Shown here in pieces: positions 25,201 to 39,107 of a stretch of 64,000 nucleotides of DNA. Every line of letters begins with the position of its first letter. Within the stretch, counting starts at the first letter, position 1. A model generated the notes under the pieces. That model was given only the letters and a program-made list of their open reading frames with translations, was not told the origin of the DNA and did not search any database. Position numbers and translations under genes: made by a program. This DNA comes from Balanoglossus misakiensis. Taxonomy: Eukaryota > Animalia > Hemichordata. Location: the NCBI GenBank assembly GCA_040954595.2, contig CM082579.2, positions 802,922 to 866,921 on the forward strand, written 5' to 3'.

Positions 25201-28200
25201 AACTGTACCAGACAAGTGTTTCCATACCACACTAGTACACACATAAACCTGTATGTTTACCTATTCGTCTATCCAAAGTCACACAATATCGTTTGACGTG
25301 TAGGACAAGTGTGCACTGTAGTTTTGTCTCTTGTTCCAAAATTGTGTGAAACCCCTATTTGTATACTATTTTGACACATTTTCTCATTATATGTGCACCT
25401 CCATTACAAATCTGCTTTCATTCACCATTTAAAGCAGTGCATCTCCACCAGCTTTCCAGTTTTGATTCCACGACCAGGATAAACACAGAGTCTGCAGTGC
25501 ATACAAAATATAAGCAAATTTATGAGCTTCATTAAACATTCATGATTGCATTTTTTTTCCCAGGAAAAGAAAGATGAGCTGTTGAGAAACTAAATGAATT
25601 TGTAGCTTCTGGCTTTGATGCCAACCGCCTCACAGGAAATATGACATCATAAATTATTACACTGTTTTATCATCTAGTCCATTACTGAAACACACATGAC
25701 ACCTGCACATTTATCTCAGTGTGTTCTATATGGATAGGGCTGCACTATATGAACTTAAAGATCACTTTGGAAGGAATAAAGCGAAAAAAACACTTTTAGT
25801 TTCTAAAAAACTTGTAAATGGGGAATCAGGATAAGGGTTTTATAATCCATGCATTGGTATTCACTAGGCAAACTGAACTGCTTAGAACACCTACACAAGA
25901 ACCAAATAATATGGCATAAATCATGTTCGAGAATGACTGGCAACGAATGGACAGTCATAGACAATCTGTGGAAACTAAAACATAATCTTATTATTACTAT
26001 AACGATACCAATTTGCCCTTTTATATCTATATTATGGATCATATTTCGATTCTATCAAGTTATACCCATGAGTCAGAGACAATATATGAGTGTAGCTGCA
26101 GGTATAAATTCCTATTAAGACACAGCAAACTAACTGTAGCTGGTTTATCGATGACTTGTTCAGTATTAGTATTCTGGACTTACTCTTTTGTTCAACTTTT
26201 CTTTAAAAAGGTTGAATTGGGTGAAGCCAGCCAGTCTCCACATACATAAATGCATGCATTGTTCAGCTGTCAGATGCGAACCAATCTAATTTACTTGTTA
26301 AATGGAATCCATCAACATTGCTTAATTCAGGATCTGAGTTTGTGATGAACGCTTCACATCACATTAAACCAACTGCAGCCCAAGCAATAGGATGTGTACC
26401 TTGCTGGTCAGCTGCTCTGGTGGACGAGAATTGACTGAGTCATTTGACAGAAGAAATAAAAAAAAAAAACAGATGCATGCAACTTATCAGGAGTCTGTAA
26501 GGTCATGTTTTTCTGAGTGAAATGGTTCCTGAATTGCTGTTGAATGTGCAAGTACATGTGCTTGGAGAGCACAATGTCCATTTGCAGAGTGCAATGGAAA
26601 AGCAAATCAACTGGAATGCAGAGCTACCATCCGTGCAAAAGGAATCCTTCCATTATTACTGGAGAAACAGGAAACAGAAGAGGAAATCAATGGTTGAAGT
26701 AACCCACCCACCCACCAACCATGCTTGCAGATTCTACAATCTGTTTCCATGCAGTCAAGCAAGTGACAGATTTGAAGTTTATTCATCTTGATAATTTAAT
26801 TATTGGAAAATCTGGGGCTTTTTTTTATCTGCTGTTGAAACTGGGAAGGAAATGCTTTTAGCCTTGGTTGATATACGTGTGATGAATATACTTCGACTTT
26901 TACCTTGAAGGAATTCACTGACCTTCTGAACTGAATGTCTGAATGTACGTACTCTGATAGAGAAGTTATCTACAAGAAATGACACCACACATTTTGTAAA
27001 TAGTCAAAAGAAATGGCCCTAAAGTGATTTTTTCTACTTGAACATTTCTGAAGCTTGTTTAAAGTAGTCCTCTAGGTTTGTCAAACTTGCCTATCTGAAA
27101 TCAGACGCATCATCACATTGCGTATGTTTCACTTATCGCAGAATATTGATAATTTTCAAGTGATAAATTATGATAGCTTCATAATTTATGACATTCTAGG
27201 AATATGTAGAAAGACTTAATAACGGTTGACATATATTTTATGATATATGTCAAAGTGCAAATCAGTTTTATAATGTTGGTTTAATTACATTCTCTACTGA
27301 TGTGGCAGTGACATCTAATAGGAAAAAATCATTTAATGAAAATCTGATAAGCAGGGAATTACAGTGTGCATGCACTTTTGTATGGTGCAAGGATTCTGCA
27401 TATTTGCATCAAATTTCTGCTGTTGAGCACATCGATGTATGCCTCAGAGATAACCATTATCAATCCACTTTGAAACTCATATCCGATAAACTGCAGTAAC
27501 AATTATCAGAACATGGCCCAGCGAAGATTTGGGTTTCATTGCAGCCTTGTTATCAGATTCATTAGATAAACACGGAGACAGAATTTCCACTTCAAAGACA
27601 ACTGTGATTTGTGATTTTTTTAGAAATTCATCTGCATGACTATCACATGGCAAACATCTAAGAGCCTTTTTTACATCTTTTTTACATGGAAATGCATGTA
27701 ATATTTTCAACAATAGACCTGAAGGAACTCCTAAAAGCAAACAAGATAATTATCCCTAAAGTCAGTCGAGAAGCTCAGATAATGAAGAGTCTATTCTACT
27801 GAATATTAAATGATGCAGAAAAAACAAAGTGGGAGACTTCATCACAGTATGTAATGCAAGTCAATGCTGACTGTGTGTTTGTGGAAGTCTATCCTTATAT
27901 CAACATCCTTAGTTCCCCACAGATTACCTTTCTATCAGTAAACTGGCAGGCACATGCAGATCAATAAAATTGGTGATTAAAGTTTAGGCTTTTGCAGAAT
28001 CAAATTGAAAGCTTGTATTTGTTCAGTGCTGGGAAACGTGTTCTTTTATAGAAACTGGCCTAGTCTACATTCCGTTTTCATTGTGACAAGTCCATTTACG
28101 GTTAGACATATCCCAAATAGTATTACCATACTTACTGTGTAATAATTCTTATCAAATCTACGCAATCTAAAGTGGAAAAATATACTTTTGATTCACCATG

Positions 28201-31200
28201 CTCACATCAAGCAATGTTAACTGTTAGGAAATATTAAACCATATGGACACAAATTTAAATAATTACGTATTGTATGAGAAGATGGTCCAATACTAAAAAT
28301 AACCATATAAACGATCCAATACTAAAGATTGCACGTTTTAAAAAGTTGAATCAGACAGCCACACAACTACTTTGTTGAAAAGTGTCAATTCCAAATTGGC
28401 CATTTTGCATCAAAGGAATAAAAAGTAAATACATACTCGAAGTTTCACATCATAACGTAGATCCAGGAGTAAGCTGAATAGGAATGTGATCATCTTTGTT
28501 GTGGCGACTGTCAACCATCGTTCCACACCAGTCTGGGTAAAAAACACTTGTCTCTGTGGCACATCCAATAATATTGTCCGCTGTGATTATTACATCCCCA
28601 GGACCTATGTGAATGGATCTTAACCAATACTGAATAACAGCCCAGAGCAAAGTCTCGGTAGGACCCAATCAGGTCTCCTGGCAAAAGGATGAATTCGCCC
28701 GACCCCAAACTTCCTTTCTCCTTGTAGGGGAAATGATTCCTTGAAAGAACGTCTCGGAATTGAAACGATACTTAATTCAAATAAATGTTATCAGGCTCCA
28801 TCCCGATCGATATCATCTTCTGTATGCCTAAACCTCAGACAGAGCTGGCGGTTTCTGAGATGCTATTCCTGGAGACACAGCAGCTATTTTTAAGACTTTC
28901 CACTTTTATATACGAAAGTGAATAGCACAACTCGGCAGCATACTACAAAGCAATTCCTAGCTACTGAATATCACTTAATGCAATTTCCCCATCAACAAAG
29001 CAGTGTAGGTACAACCCCTTCAGAACAAATGGTACAACCTGAGGTTCTTCAAATCAAAGATTTGAATGCCAGTTTACTCGGTCAATCACACTTCATCCTT
29101 GTGCCAGCAATGTGCATGACCGGTTGTTATACAATTTACATCTAGAGGAAGATAACAAAATAATAGAAAATCATCCTTTGAATTTTCTGTTTAGTTTCCG
29201 GTTCAGAATGGAATCTCCCTTAGTATTAACTTATCAGTATGCAAGACATGTTGGCACCTAATGTACAGAGAGGACTTGCCTATATAAAGCTGGACGAATG
29301 TCTAACACATTAGACCTTATCTGAAGAGAATTACAATTAAGTATCATTAAAAATACTGGCCATTTTATTTTCAGAGGACATCAGTAGGGCGGAGTAGCAT
29401 TCTCTTGCACCTTTAAAACAGTGAAAATGCTTGCATAGCAATAACTGGTTTTCAGAATTACAAATACAATTACAAATTTTCTTTTTTGCCAAGAAAAGAT
29501 TTTATATTTAAGAAACACCAAAATAATACAATTCTAATGCCTTGAGTTGAGATGAGTGGAGCTGGTCAGGCCATTTCTCTGCAGGAGACTAGTTGCAGGT
29601 CGACACAAAAGTTTGCATTGATTTCAGATAGCATTTACTGAGTTAATGAGATTACTGTGTTGAGACCAATCCACAGAGACCTTTAGGAGCAATACTGGTA
29701 ATTTTGCATCTGAATGTGAAAATAATTGGGTTGCTGTGAAATACAGAGAGCTTTCAGGTGCTTAGCGTGTTTATATTTGCCTGAAATTTTGAAATTATGC
29801 AAGTGGGACATTTATTTTAAGTGCAATAAATTAGAAATGATGAGATGACGTTACGTGCATCAATTATTTTAAGAAATATTGTGTGATATATTATGAAATG
29901 AAAGTTAACAAGTTTCGGCTTATGGATAAGCTGAAGTAAGCAGGGGAAAAATGATAGGAAATCCTAGCTGTGAATTCCACGTTGCAATTTCAGTTTGTGA
30001 GATCCAGAAACAATCGTGTATCACCTTCTGTAATTTTTTGTCCTTGAACATTTTAATTTGAGTTAGCTTTACAACGCAGAATTTTATGATTTGGCCAACA
30101 GTCAAAGCATGCAAGGGGAAATGATTAAATCCCAAACCTTGGAAACTGCAGTTGCAATACTAAAACGCTATTATTTTTGCCCATAAAACTCCACTAGTGG
30201 CCACTGGAATTTATCTCTTGTTGCCATGGTAATTACTGTAAAAATGCCATGAATGGAAGAGATCCTGTTCAAGCAAGTTGGTGCTAAAACTCAGTTGGGA
30301 TTTCATGATTATTGTTTCATTTTATGGTCTTTCTCCAAACTCTACGCTATAAATATAATCTGTCAGGTTTGCAGTTGCTAAGGTGTTTCTTTTTGCAGTG
30401 AACAGAGCTACACAATTTGTCTGTGCAGAAAACCTCTTGACAGTCTGTGAGAAGAAACAGTCAGTCCACAGACAACTCTGGAGAATGTGTCACACTTCAA
30501 GCATTATTTTGGCTTGATGGACACAAAGTAACAGAAAAGTCTTTCTGTAATTTTTACTGCCAAAAACTTTCCTAGAGTAAGATTTGCAAGTTGTTTAGAT
30601 GTGTGCAAAGTTCAGTACTCAGTGAAAATATTCAGTTATCCGGTTGCTAAGGGGGGCAATGATGGCAACCAAGCCAATAGCCTTGAACAGCTCCCTCTGG
30701 AGGCCATACTGTATAAACACTCAAATGGAGGAACAATTTTGGCCAGATACACATTCTAAATGCATATTACTGTGACAAACAAGGCCGTAACAAAATGCGA
30801 CTTCAAATTACACCAGTAAGGCAAAAAGAAAATGCAATACAATCCTACAAATCAGACTGTCTTTGCAATGGCCGCCGCGCCACATATGCCTGTCTTTCAC
30901 ATCTCATGTAAAATATCACAGTTTACATTTAAGAGCAGAGTTTTATAAATTGAGCCCCGCAGCCATTTAGCATAGTAAACACAGAGTTCATACTGAGAGA
31001 TCACATCAAGTAAAGCCCAAATGATTGCAATGGATCTATGAATTATTACAACTGTAATTTTTGGAACCTCCCCAGCAGGCATGTTTAGATTTTATTAGAC
31101 TTTATGGTATTGCAGCCTCTTGCAAGGTATAGACGCTAAATACATTTGCATAGCTGCAAGGCTTTGAAATAGTGTTGTCAATGCAGTCCATGACGCAAAT

Positions 31201-32457
31201 CAGTATTCACAGATCACGCTAGCCGTTGTGAAGCATTATATATTCCGAGTCTTTGGCTAGCTGTTGTAAGACATTATATTTCAAAGCCGTTATGATATGT
31301 ATTTCGCCTGTGGATGGGGCTGTAATGGTTATGAATATAGGTCCATATAAAGTGTTAATGAGAACAGCTCTGATGAAGTCTAGGGTTGGCAATATCATTA
31401 TGCCAACAGAGAAGTGTTAAAAGGGGGTTTCAGTGAACACTAATATTTTAAACTTGACTCCAGGCAAAACTGAGATTTATATCATCTCCTAATATAATTC
31501 AGAGTGAACACATTTTATCGAAGTTTTAGACTCAAAACAAAACATAATGAGTGAGCTAAACATAATTACATTTAAAGAACATACACAGAAGTATATTCAT
31601 TGTTGTGAATGTCTGGAATCCATGTTTCAATAGTAATTCATGTTACATATACTGTTTTCAAACTGTCTTCATAAATTGAATTGAAATACTGGGCTTTACA
31701 ATGTTTCAGGAAGTTGTTCATACAAACAGCTGATTTGCTTAAACCGTTCACCCCCAGTTCTTTCTTTAGAACTTCCACTTTACTATAGGAATCGATGGAT
31801 TTGGACTTAAACCATTAAAAAGAATTCAACATGTGGTGAATGGTATGCATATGTTATGATGAAACCGTTTGAAAGAATTGAAACAAAAACACTGGCTGAC
31901 GCAAGTCTTTCTTTCATGCCAGTCTTGTCATTTCCCGTTTTGTACACAAAATATGGCACACGCAGTTACGCGATTGCGGACCAAGGTCAAAGGTCATACA
32001 CAAAAGGTCGCTTTCAATTTTATGCAGGCAACAGGGCACACGCCCTTGTAATCGACAGACCGTCCGCATCACTCTTACAGTTTCCGGACATATCAACGCA
32101 ACGTAAAATACAGTCCATGTTCGCCACACAAAACATTACCGGACTTTACCCTATTACTCATTTGGTGTCCTCGTTTGGGGGCAATATACGTAGGAAGATT
32201 CCCAACACAAAAATCTCGCGGAACGGCGCACTTATATAACAGACAACACACGTATCACTTCAACGCGACTCGTTGATTTTGTGTGACATATTCGCGCACT
32301 TCGATGGTTAAATGTTAACCTACTTACTAATAGGCGCAGGCAACATGATAACGAGTCACATACGATTTTTATAGTGCGTAATTGATCCATCCCTTCTGTT
32401 ACATTTATATATTTATTTACATACCTGCAACGGTCGTTTACTCGGGTCGGCCGCCAT
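13239..32457 (-). CDS. TMEM272: TMEM272-like four-pass membrane protein, ~237 aa, 6 coding exons
   Basis: Exons 32457-32425 (MAADPSKRPLQ), 18907-18790, 17246-17136, 14727-14668, 13914-13705 and 13420-13239 join in frame with GT-AG introns (714 nt). Family-typical motifs: G.LYLHDCPIEPYIPIYLIVGG, LLAWFIAGNVWIY and YC..PLYKFAFW. Cys-rich C-terminus. The first exon is the least certain. Confidence 0.8.
20219..20292. repeat. CT-rich polypyrimidine low-complexity tract
   Basis: Seen directly. Confidence 0.85.
20479..20541. repeat. Perfect 19-bp inverted repeat with a 25-nt spacer
   Basis: Arms acagtttgctgtaaaactc and gagttttacagcaaactgt. Confidence 0.85.
23821..23893. repeat. 30-bp minisatellite, about 2.5 units
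   Basis: Unit approximately tatggctctrggtrgratatgttccttcta, with degenerate ggctctgagt copies upstream (~23745-23810). Confidence 0.75.
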
Positions 32458-32460
32458 CTT
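32450..32460 (-). promoter_or_regulatory. AAGATGGCGGC YY1-like motif overlapping the predicted TMEM272-like start codon
   Basis: The plus strand reads gccgccatctt in a locally CpG-rich patch. This motif commonly overlaps start codons of housekeeping genes. It is followed by a good donor, CAG|gtatgt. Confidence 0.5.
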
Positions 32461-32691
32461 ATATTCTATGTGCAATTTCCCTATGTAGCAGACTCCCTGA
32501 GCTATGTTAGATAATCAATACGATTGCGACACACACTGGTGAGCAGGGATTTCATATTTCAATAAAACAAAATTATATTAATAAGTATTTTGAACTACAA
32601 CAGCATCATATGTAAGCCAATTTTCATCAAATACATAAAAATATTTTCTTCTGTTCTGGCATAGTCTCGTATGTAAATGTTGTACTTTGTG

Positions 32692-33052
32692 TCACTCTGT
32701 GCTGTTCCAAGACGGGTACACAAAATGCAAGTTTTTGGTCTTTCGCCACTGATCAAAAACACTTTTTTCCGATATGTAGCGGTGACCTCCAAGACGCTTG
32801 CTTTCTTGGCTTCTGTACATGGCACATTCTTTGTAGCCAGCGGGGTTGTAGTAGTGAAACGGAACCGACTCGTTGACGTAATCATTCCTAGAATGAAAAC
32901 GAAATTACATGAAAAATTCAGTAGGCCTAGTGGGATTTGATAAAATGTGCTTGGTCCATGCTGATGCTGCGATAATCCGATTTCAAAGAGCATATCTGTG
33001 ATCGTACGTTCGAACCTTTGGCAGTATGTCTATTAATTTTGATGATGAGTGG

Positions 33053-33145
<93 letters not shown>

Positions 33146-34412
33146 TGACATAATTAACGTCTTAATAATTGTCTCGTCTCGCGTTTGCGGTAACTTACTT
33201 GCAATGATCGGGAGGTACCATACCATATACTCGAACATCATCACATATATGGATAGCCAAGATTATACTGAAAAATCCTGTTGATATCCACGACCCAGAG
33301 GCATGCCTATCAAACAAAGTCGCATATTGATCAAATTAAGATACACGTCATTAAGTAAGTACATGTATGACAATTTTAGAGAGAGGGGGGGAGAAGGAGG
33401 AGGGAAGAGAGAGAGAGAGAGATTAAAAGTGGTTACTCAGCATACCTGCTATGCCCAGTCTCCCTCTGAAATAACACTTCGACAAATTCCATCTGCTTCT
33501 CAGTCAAAAAGTACACTCCAAAGTCATTGTTGTTTTTGGCCAAGTTTACCAACTGTCCGTACGTCTTTCCTATCGCCACACCATCTCTATTAATGTTCAA
33601 CAGGTTAGGTGGTGCCCACACCACGAAGTGTTCCGGTCTGCTTGGACCTTCCAGAAGAGAACCAGAAGTTCTCAAGAAGTCGATAGCTTTGAACGAAGCA
33701 ACTCTTATCGTAGTTCGCTGGCCCACGTGTCTTTCATATCCTTGTACCGGTGACGTGTTCATTCGTATAACGCACGAGGCATTGTCGATTTCCTGGCCGC
33801 CGTCTTGGAGAAGCAACCTCCCCGCCGAGGAGACAACAGAACAGGTATCACATTGCATCTTTAAAAGCTGTAAGTAATGATGAAACGCGTATAAATAAAA
33901 TATTGTGTGTGAATTGACTTTCTGTACCTGATTATGACGCATTTCACAGCCGGCATATACAGTCAGCATTGTTTAAAAATGTATTCAAGCCTGGACTAGA
34001 ATTTCAGCTTTCCTTATAAAATGTTTTCTCTTCGTCTGCTTTCCTATTAACATTTGGAGTTTCAAGAATATAAACTTACTTTTCTGTCTGGTACTGATAC
34101 ATATTCATGAGGATCAAGGGTGAAGGGGTCACCAACCAACAAGCGCATCACTTTTTCCAGATTTACCCCGAAATCTCCAAGGTGACGCCGATCGGCCAGT
34201 TTTCTGACGCCCTCTTGCGGAGGAACTTTGAGGTACCGTTGTGGTCGCCCCGGGTAACGTTTAATCAAGTCTTGATAGTCGTCAGTCTCGGCAGCTTTTA
34301 TGATATTCATGACCTTTTGCCTCAAATGCCACAGGAAAACAAATGTGACTTGGATAAGAAGTATAGTTATGAATAAGTTGGTCAAAAAACGTCGTTTACA
34401 CTGCCTCCCCAT
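32692..34412 (-). CDS. ST6GALNAC: GT29 sialyltransferase A, ST6GalNAc III-VI type, ~352 aa, 4 coding exons
   Basis: Exons 34412-34080, 33867-33446, 33306-33199, 32887-32692. TM anchor; sialylmotif L (CSVVSSAG...EID...CVIRMN.SPV.GYE..VG.RTT), S (ISTGFFSIILAIHICDDVRVYG), III (PFHYY) and VS (HRYISEK). A 5'UTR intron runs ~34677-34502. The symbol is family level only. Confidence 0.88.
33058..33145. repeat. (GAT)n microsatellite in intron 3 of sialyltransferase A
   Basis: About 29 perfect units seen directly. Confidence 0.95.
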
Positions 34413-35383
34413 CGCCACTGTACCATCAAAGATTTGTCAAGTTTCAAGTTGTTCTCCAAGATCCCTGTCCAAGATCAAGGCAGCGTAAAAACACCAAACG
34501 TCTGCGGAAGAGAAAGGTCTGAGAGATGAACGCAAAATAGCCCTGCTACCAGAAATAACGAAGAGGGACTTTTCTGATGTTGACATGTGAAGTTGTTGCT
34601 GCATATAATGATATATGTAAATGACAGACTGGTAACTCAGTGAAACAGAACGCGGTCACCACGTTTTCCACACTTACCTTCCTGCCAATCTGCTCCAGTC
34701 TGTTAGATTTCACTGCATATGACCATCATGGCGCTAGGTCAGGTCTTGTTTCGAGCCTGTCTTCTACAAATCAAACTCCATTTAACGATAACCTTTCGAC
34801 CAGCCAGGTCTTGGCTGATTATTCTGAGGAATGAACACTAATAATTTCTCAATAATTCGATAAGTCATATAATTTTGTTGCAACGGTGTTCCCTCGTTGG
34901 TGCTCTGACCTTTACCCTCCACATTAGATCAGCACGATGCCTTCAACTACTTGTTAATGATTTACAGAAGTTGAACCATAATCGAGACACAACAGGTAGT
35001 TGGTACAGAATAGCGTTCTCTGGTGGCGACGTATGTAAACCTCTTACGTTCTCCAATAACGTTTACCATGTTCATATATCAGAAATCAGAATTGTTAAAA
35101 ACCAACTGCTGAATCCTGTGGTATTCCGTCGTTAAATCATTCTCGGTATCAGAGTCCAGAAAGCGTTACAAGACTCCAATGGAAAGATCAGAGGTCAAAA
35201 AACATATTATTTATCCGAATATTTGACGATTTCACCCTTCACTTTAATTGATACTCTGGATTCCTAAATGTACCTACGTGTACATGAAATGAGTCCGTAA
35301 AAAGTGGCGTCACGTTCACTTCAATGTTCAAAATGTCTCGCCCTCTGAGTTTTGCCTCGCATTTCATCTTTATTTTTCGAGCT

Positions 35384-37256
35384 TTAGAACTTTCGGAATC
35401 TATGCTTTCGTCTTGCACCGCCCAGTGGCAGATGTAAACTTGGTGGTTTGTCGAGAAAAGGGGTCTTGTGGTCGAGTTTCCATATGTCCCATTCAGGATA
35501 GTGAAACGTTAAATTGAAATATCGAGCCCATTTCTTGAAAATGTACTTCTCGGTGAAAAAACGATGACCTTCCCTCATACCGGTCTCGTGCTGACGGTAA
35601 AACATGCATTCATATCTGTTATCCATGGAATAGTAGTGAAACGGCTTGTCTTGCTTGTAGGTGATCCTGGAAAAAAGAAACGTCATCATCTTACAAAAAT
35701 GATTCTAATACAATGAGAAGGTTGAACAAGGGAACAAGACTAATTCTTCAAGTTGTATTGGCGTTATGTCCATGAGCTGTGATGAGTTACAGTGAGCAGA
35801 ACGATAGAAAATTAAGTAGCCAAACTACAAAAATGAGCGACTGGCTAATTTCTGTCTTTTATGATCAAAAACTGACTTGTCACAGTGATCAGCTTCGACG
35901 AATCCATAAGCCTTGACGTGGTTACATCTTTTCAGGGCAAACACCAGAGCAAACCAACCAGTGGACAGCCAAGATCCCGTTTTATCCCTGTAGATAAATC
36001 AATGATACGCGTGAAGTTTGGCCGTTTGTCACGAATGCAGCAAAATCTCTGAGTAGGTATCGTAACAATATAATATGTGGGGATGTACTTCATTTGCGCG
36101 GGTGACGGGTATTCGACGCATATTTCAGATTGAGATATCATTTGAGTGTACATCACCTATTTTTGCCCGTTTCTTTTTCGAAGATCTTGTCGTGAAACCG
36201 TATTTCCTCTTCTGTTGTAACGTACATGTCCAATCCACTGTAAGTTTTAACAAGTTTTTTTGATACGCCCTTCACAAGACTTCGAATTACTGGAGTGTTA
36301 CTACTCCATATTAACAACTTTTCAGGAAGTCCGTCTCTCTCGAATAACTTGTTCGCTTGAAATGTATCATACTGTAAGTTAATAAACCCCGCTATCCTTA
36401 GTGTAGTCCTCGTTCCAACGTCTGCCTCGTAACCTTTCGTCGGTGCTATGTTCATTCGAATAACACAGGTGGCGCTGTCGATTTCATCACCGGCCTGGGT
36501 GCCTAGCAACTGTCCCGATGCTGAAACCACGGCACAGACATCGCAGTGAAAATCCATGGACTTGTGGGAGGATGAGTATAAAAACAAGAGATTTAACTTG
36601 GTGTTCCTTGCATTAATTGAACGGGTGTTACAATCGGTGTCCATCTAGCGGCAATGTTCTATGATTTGGTCTTCAAAGAAAGAGCATGCGCCTCAGCCAC
36701 TGAGACACCGTGACGTCACAGGACCATACTGCGAAAGATGACCGGTCAAACGTGTATTGAACAACGTGCACTATCCGATTATTTTCAGGAAAAGGAAGAC
36801 AGAAAAGAAAGAAATATGACCGATGCGTTCTAGGACAATTACCCCTGGACATACCTGTGATTCATCAAACATGTGTACATAACCATTTGGATCCTGTGTA
36901 AACCACGACTTAGTAACATCACCTTCGTATTCATATCTGCTTTTGTTTAATGTTGTCACGTGTCCCCTCGCTATCATATCAGACAGTCTCTCCGATTGTC
37001 CCGGATGTCGTAATATTCGAACGCCTTCTGCAAAATATCGCATGCTTTCACCACAGATCAACGACACAGTTTTATCAGCCAATCCGTTATCTTCTTTCGG
37101 TGCGCAGAACATGTCTTTCCCATTTACAGACAGACGAACGACTTGCGCCTTACCCACAGAGGGCGTTTTATAAAAACTCAGTGTGTACAAAACACAGTAA
37201 ATAAGGGAGCAGGATGCCAGTGCGATCAAAGGCAAGAACAGCTTCTTCAAATGCAT
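35384..37256 (-). CDS. ST6GALNAC: GT29 sialyltransferase B, ST6GalNAc III-VI type, ~399 aa, 4 coding exons
   Basis: Exons 37256-36855, 36560-36157, 35987-35877, 35666-35384. Motifs L (CAVVSASGQLLG...VIRMNIAPTKGYEADVG), S (WLSTGWFALVFALKRC), PFHYY and HRFFTEK. Intron phases 0/2/2 match the paralogs. Confidence 0.88.
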
Positions 37257-39107
37257 GATGCTCGTTAATGTTTCAAACGTCTCCACGTTCACTTCACCGC
37301 CTGAAAGATGAAGGGGAGACAAATAATTTCAAAATGACAGCGACATCATACTGTATAACTGATTAAATCGTGACCATTCTTATCTTTCGCTACGATTCAA
37401 ATGTTTGCTTACCTACACGACTTGCAACGTTCTGTGACAAAACAGCGACCGGCCAATTTGAATCGTCCGTTGCCTCCAAGAACAAAAATGCCGAAATCAG
37501 ACGAAATCATCGCCGACATCGCATTCCAACCAGTTCGGGAAAGGAAGACACATAAGATTGAAAGCTCAAAGTTTGTGGCATTTGTGTGGTACAGGGGTTT
37601 TTCGCCGTTCTCGAAATCCCACACCTATACACCACTGCAGCAGACATTAGTAAATCATTAAACTACCTGGGGCATAATACGTACGGCCATTCCGCACATC
37701 GTGTGAATAATTCGCAACTTCCGGTTAAAGACCTAGATTATTTGGCAGCTCTTTGTTTTTACACATTACCGTCCGTCCGACCAAACTTTTCTTTGTGGAC
37801 GTTGGGTACACGCAGAATAATTAACTTCTAAATGCGACAGCTTTTTCGTTTAAAGAAGTGCCTGGTTTCGCCAGTTGAAAGAACTAATACAACAACAGCA
37901 ACGATAAACAGCGGGTTTGAGGGCGGTCTTGCCTCGCTCCATTGGGGTCTTCAATCACGATTCTCTGGAGTGCATATGTCAGGCAGTACGCGGGGTATGT
38001 TTGCTGGCCAAAACATTGAGTTCCAATCACAGGCGGATATCTTTTTGAAAGAAATATAACCGTGTAGCTTGTAAAAGTAGATACTGGTGTCAGGCCTGTC
38101 TCGATAGTGATACTTGTAGATTAGGTCACATTGTCTACATTTAGATGTGATTCATGTGAAGCCTAATTTATTGATGACGTGAAACTTCCAGTAGGTTATA
38201 AATTACTGTGTAGTAAGGTCAAACCGGGTCGCCTAACAACCGACCTCGATCATTGCATGCCAACACGTGATGCTGTCAACGAATAATGTTATCACAGTAA
38301 CCCGCCGACACATTGTGTGACGCTTGGCTACAGACTACACGTACACCTAGAGCAAATACGGTGAAGTCATTTTGCATTATAATGCATGACACAATGCATA
38401 ATGTTATCTTAGACTGGCCTTTGGTCACTTCCCGCCTTGCAGTGATCTGGGACAACGCGACCGCACTGTAGGCCTACGCGAGCATAACAACCTGAATATG
38501 CTCACTCCAATCATGCTTAGGCCTTTTAATAAATCTTGCTGAAGTTAATTTAGTTTTATTAATTTACAGCCCAGAGACTTGGGGCAAGTCTGTGCCAGGG
38601 TCAAAACGGTTGGTATTCTGACATATATCAACAAGACTGACTTTGAATATCTAATAGAAGTTCATGTAAGATAACACGGTTAGCAAAACGTAAAAAAAAT
38701 CACTTGTGTGATAGTCCTCTTATTCGTCTTTTGACATATGCACTACCATAGTAAATACACGTGACGTGAAGCGGAAACTGTGATTTGCCGCTCGACGATG
38801 CTTTACCCACAAAAGACGAGTCTAGCCGTCTAAAGCAATAGAATTTATCAAGCTCAGATAACATCATTGGTTTCTTGGAAGACAAACTGCGTAGGCAGTG
38901 ACACTGCTGAATTCTATGACATCCCCGAGTACTGGTGATTCCATGGCGACAGAAGAATATATAATACTATGGATCGGATACACATACGACGAATCGCCGG
39001 ACTTCACTGGCGAGCTTGCATAATTGTATATACCAAGTGCATTCACAACTGTCTTTTTAAACCATTGCAATACCGTCCCTGGCCTGTCTTGCCAGCCAAG
39101 TCAAATC

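Noticed and set aside
28450-28708. Possible nested gene or extra exon in the TMEM272-like intron
   Set aside because: Short ORFs with no recognisable motif and no convincing splice pair.
32927-33244. Poly-His ORF, or an alternative last exon of sialyltransferase A starting at 33029
   Set aside because: Poly-His comes from an intronic (GAT)n repeat. The 33029 acceptor lacks a polypyrimidine tract and gives no sialylmotif III/VS, whereas 32887-32692 supplies both.
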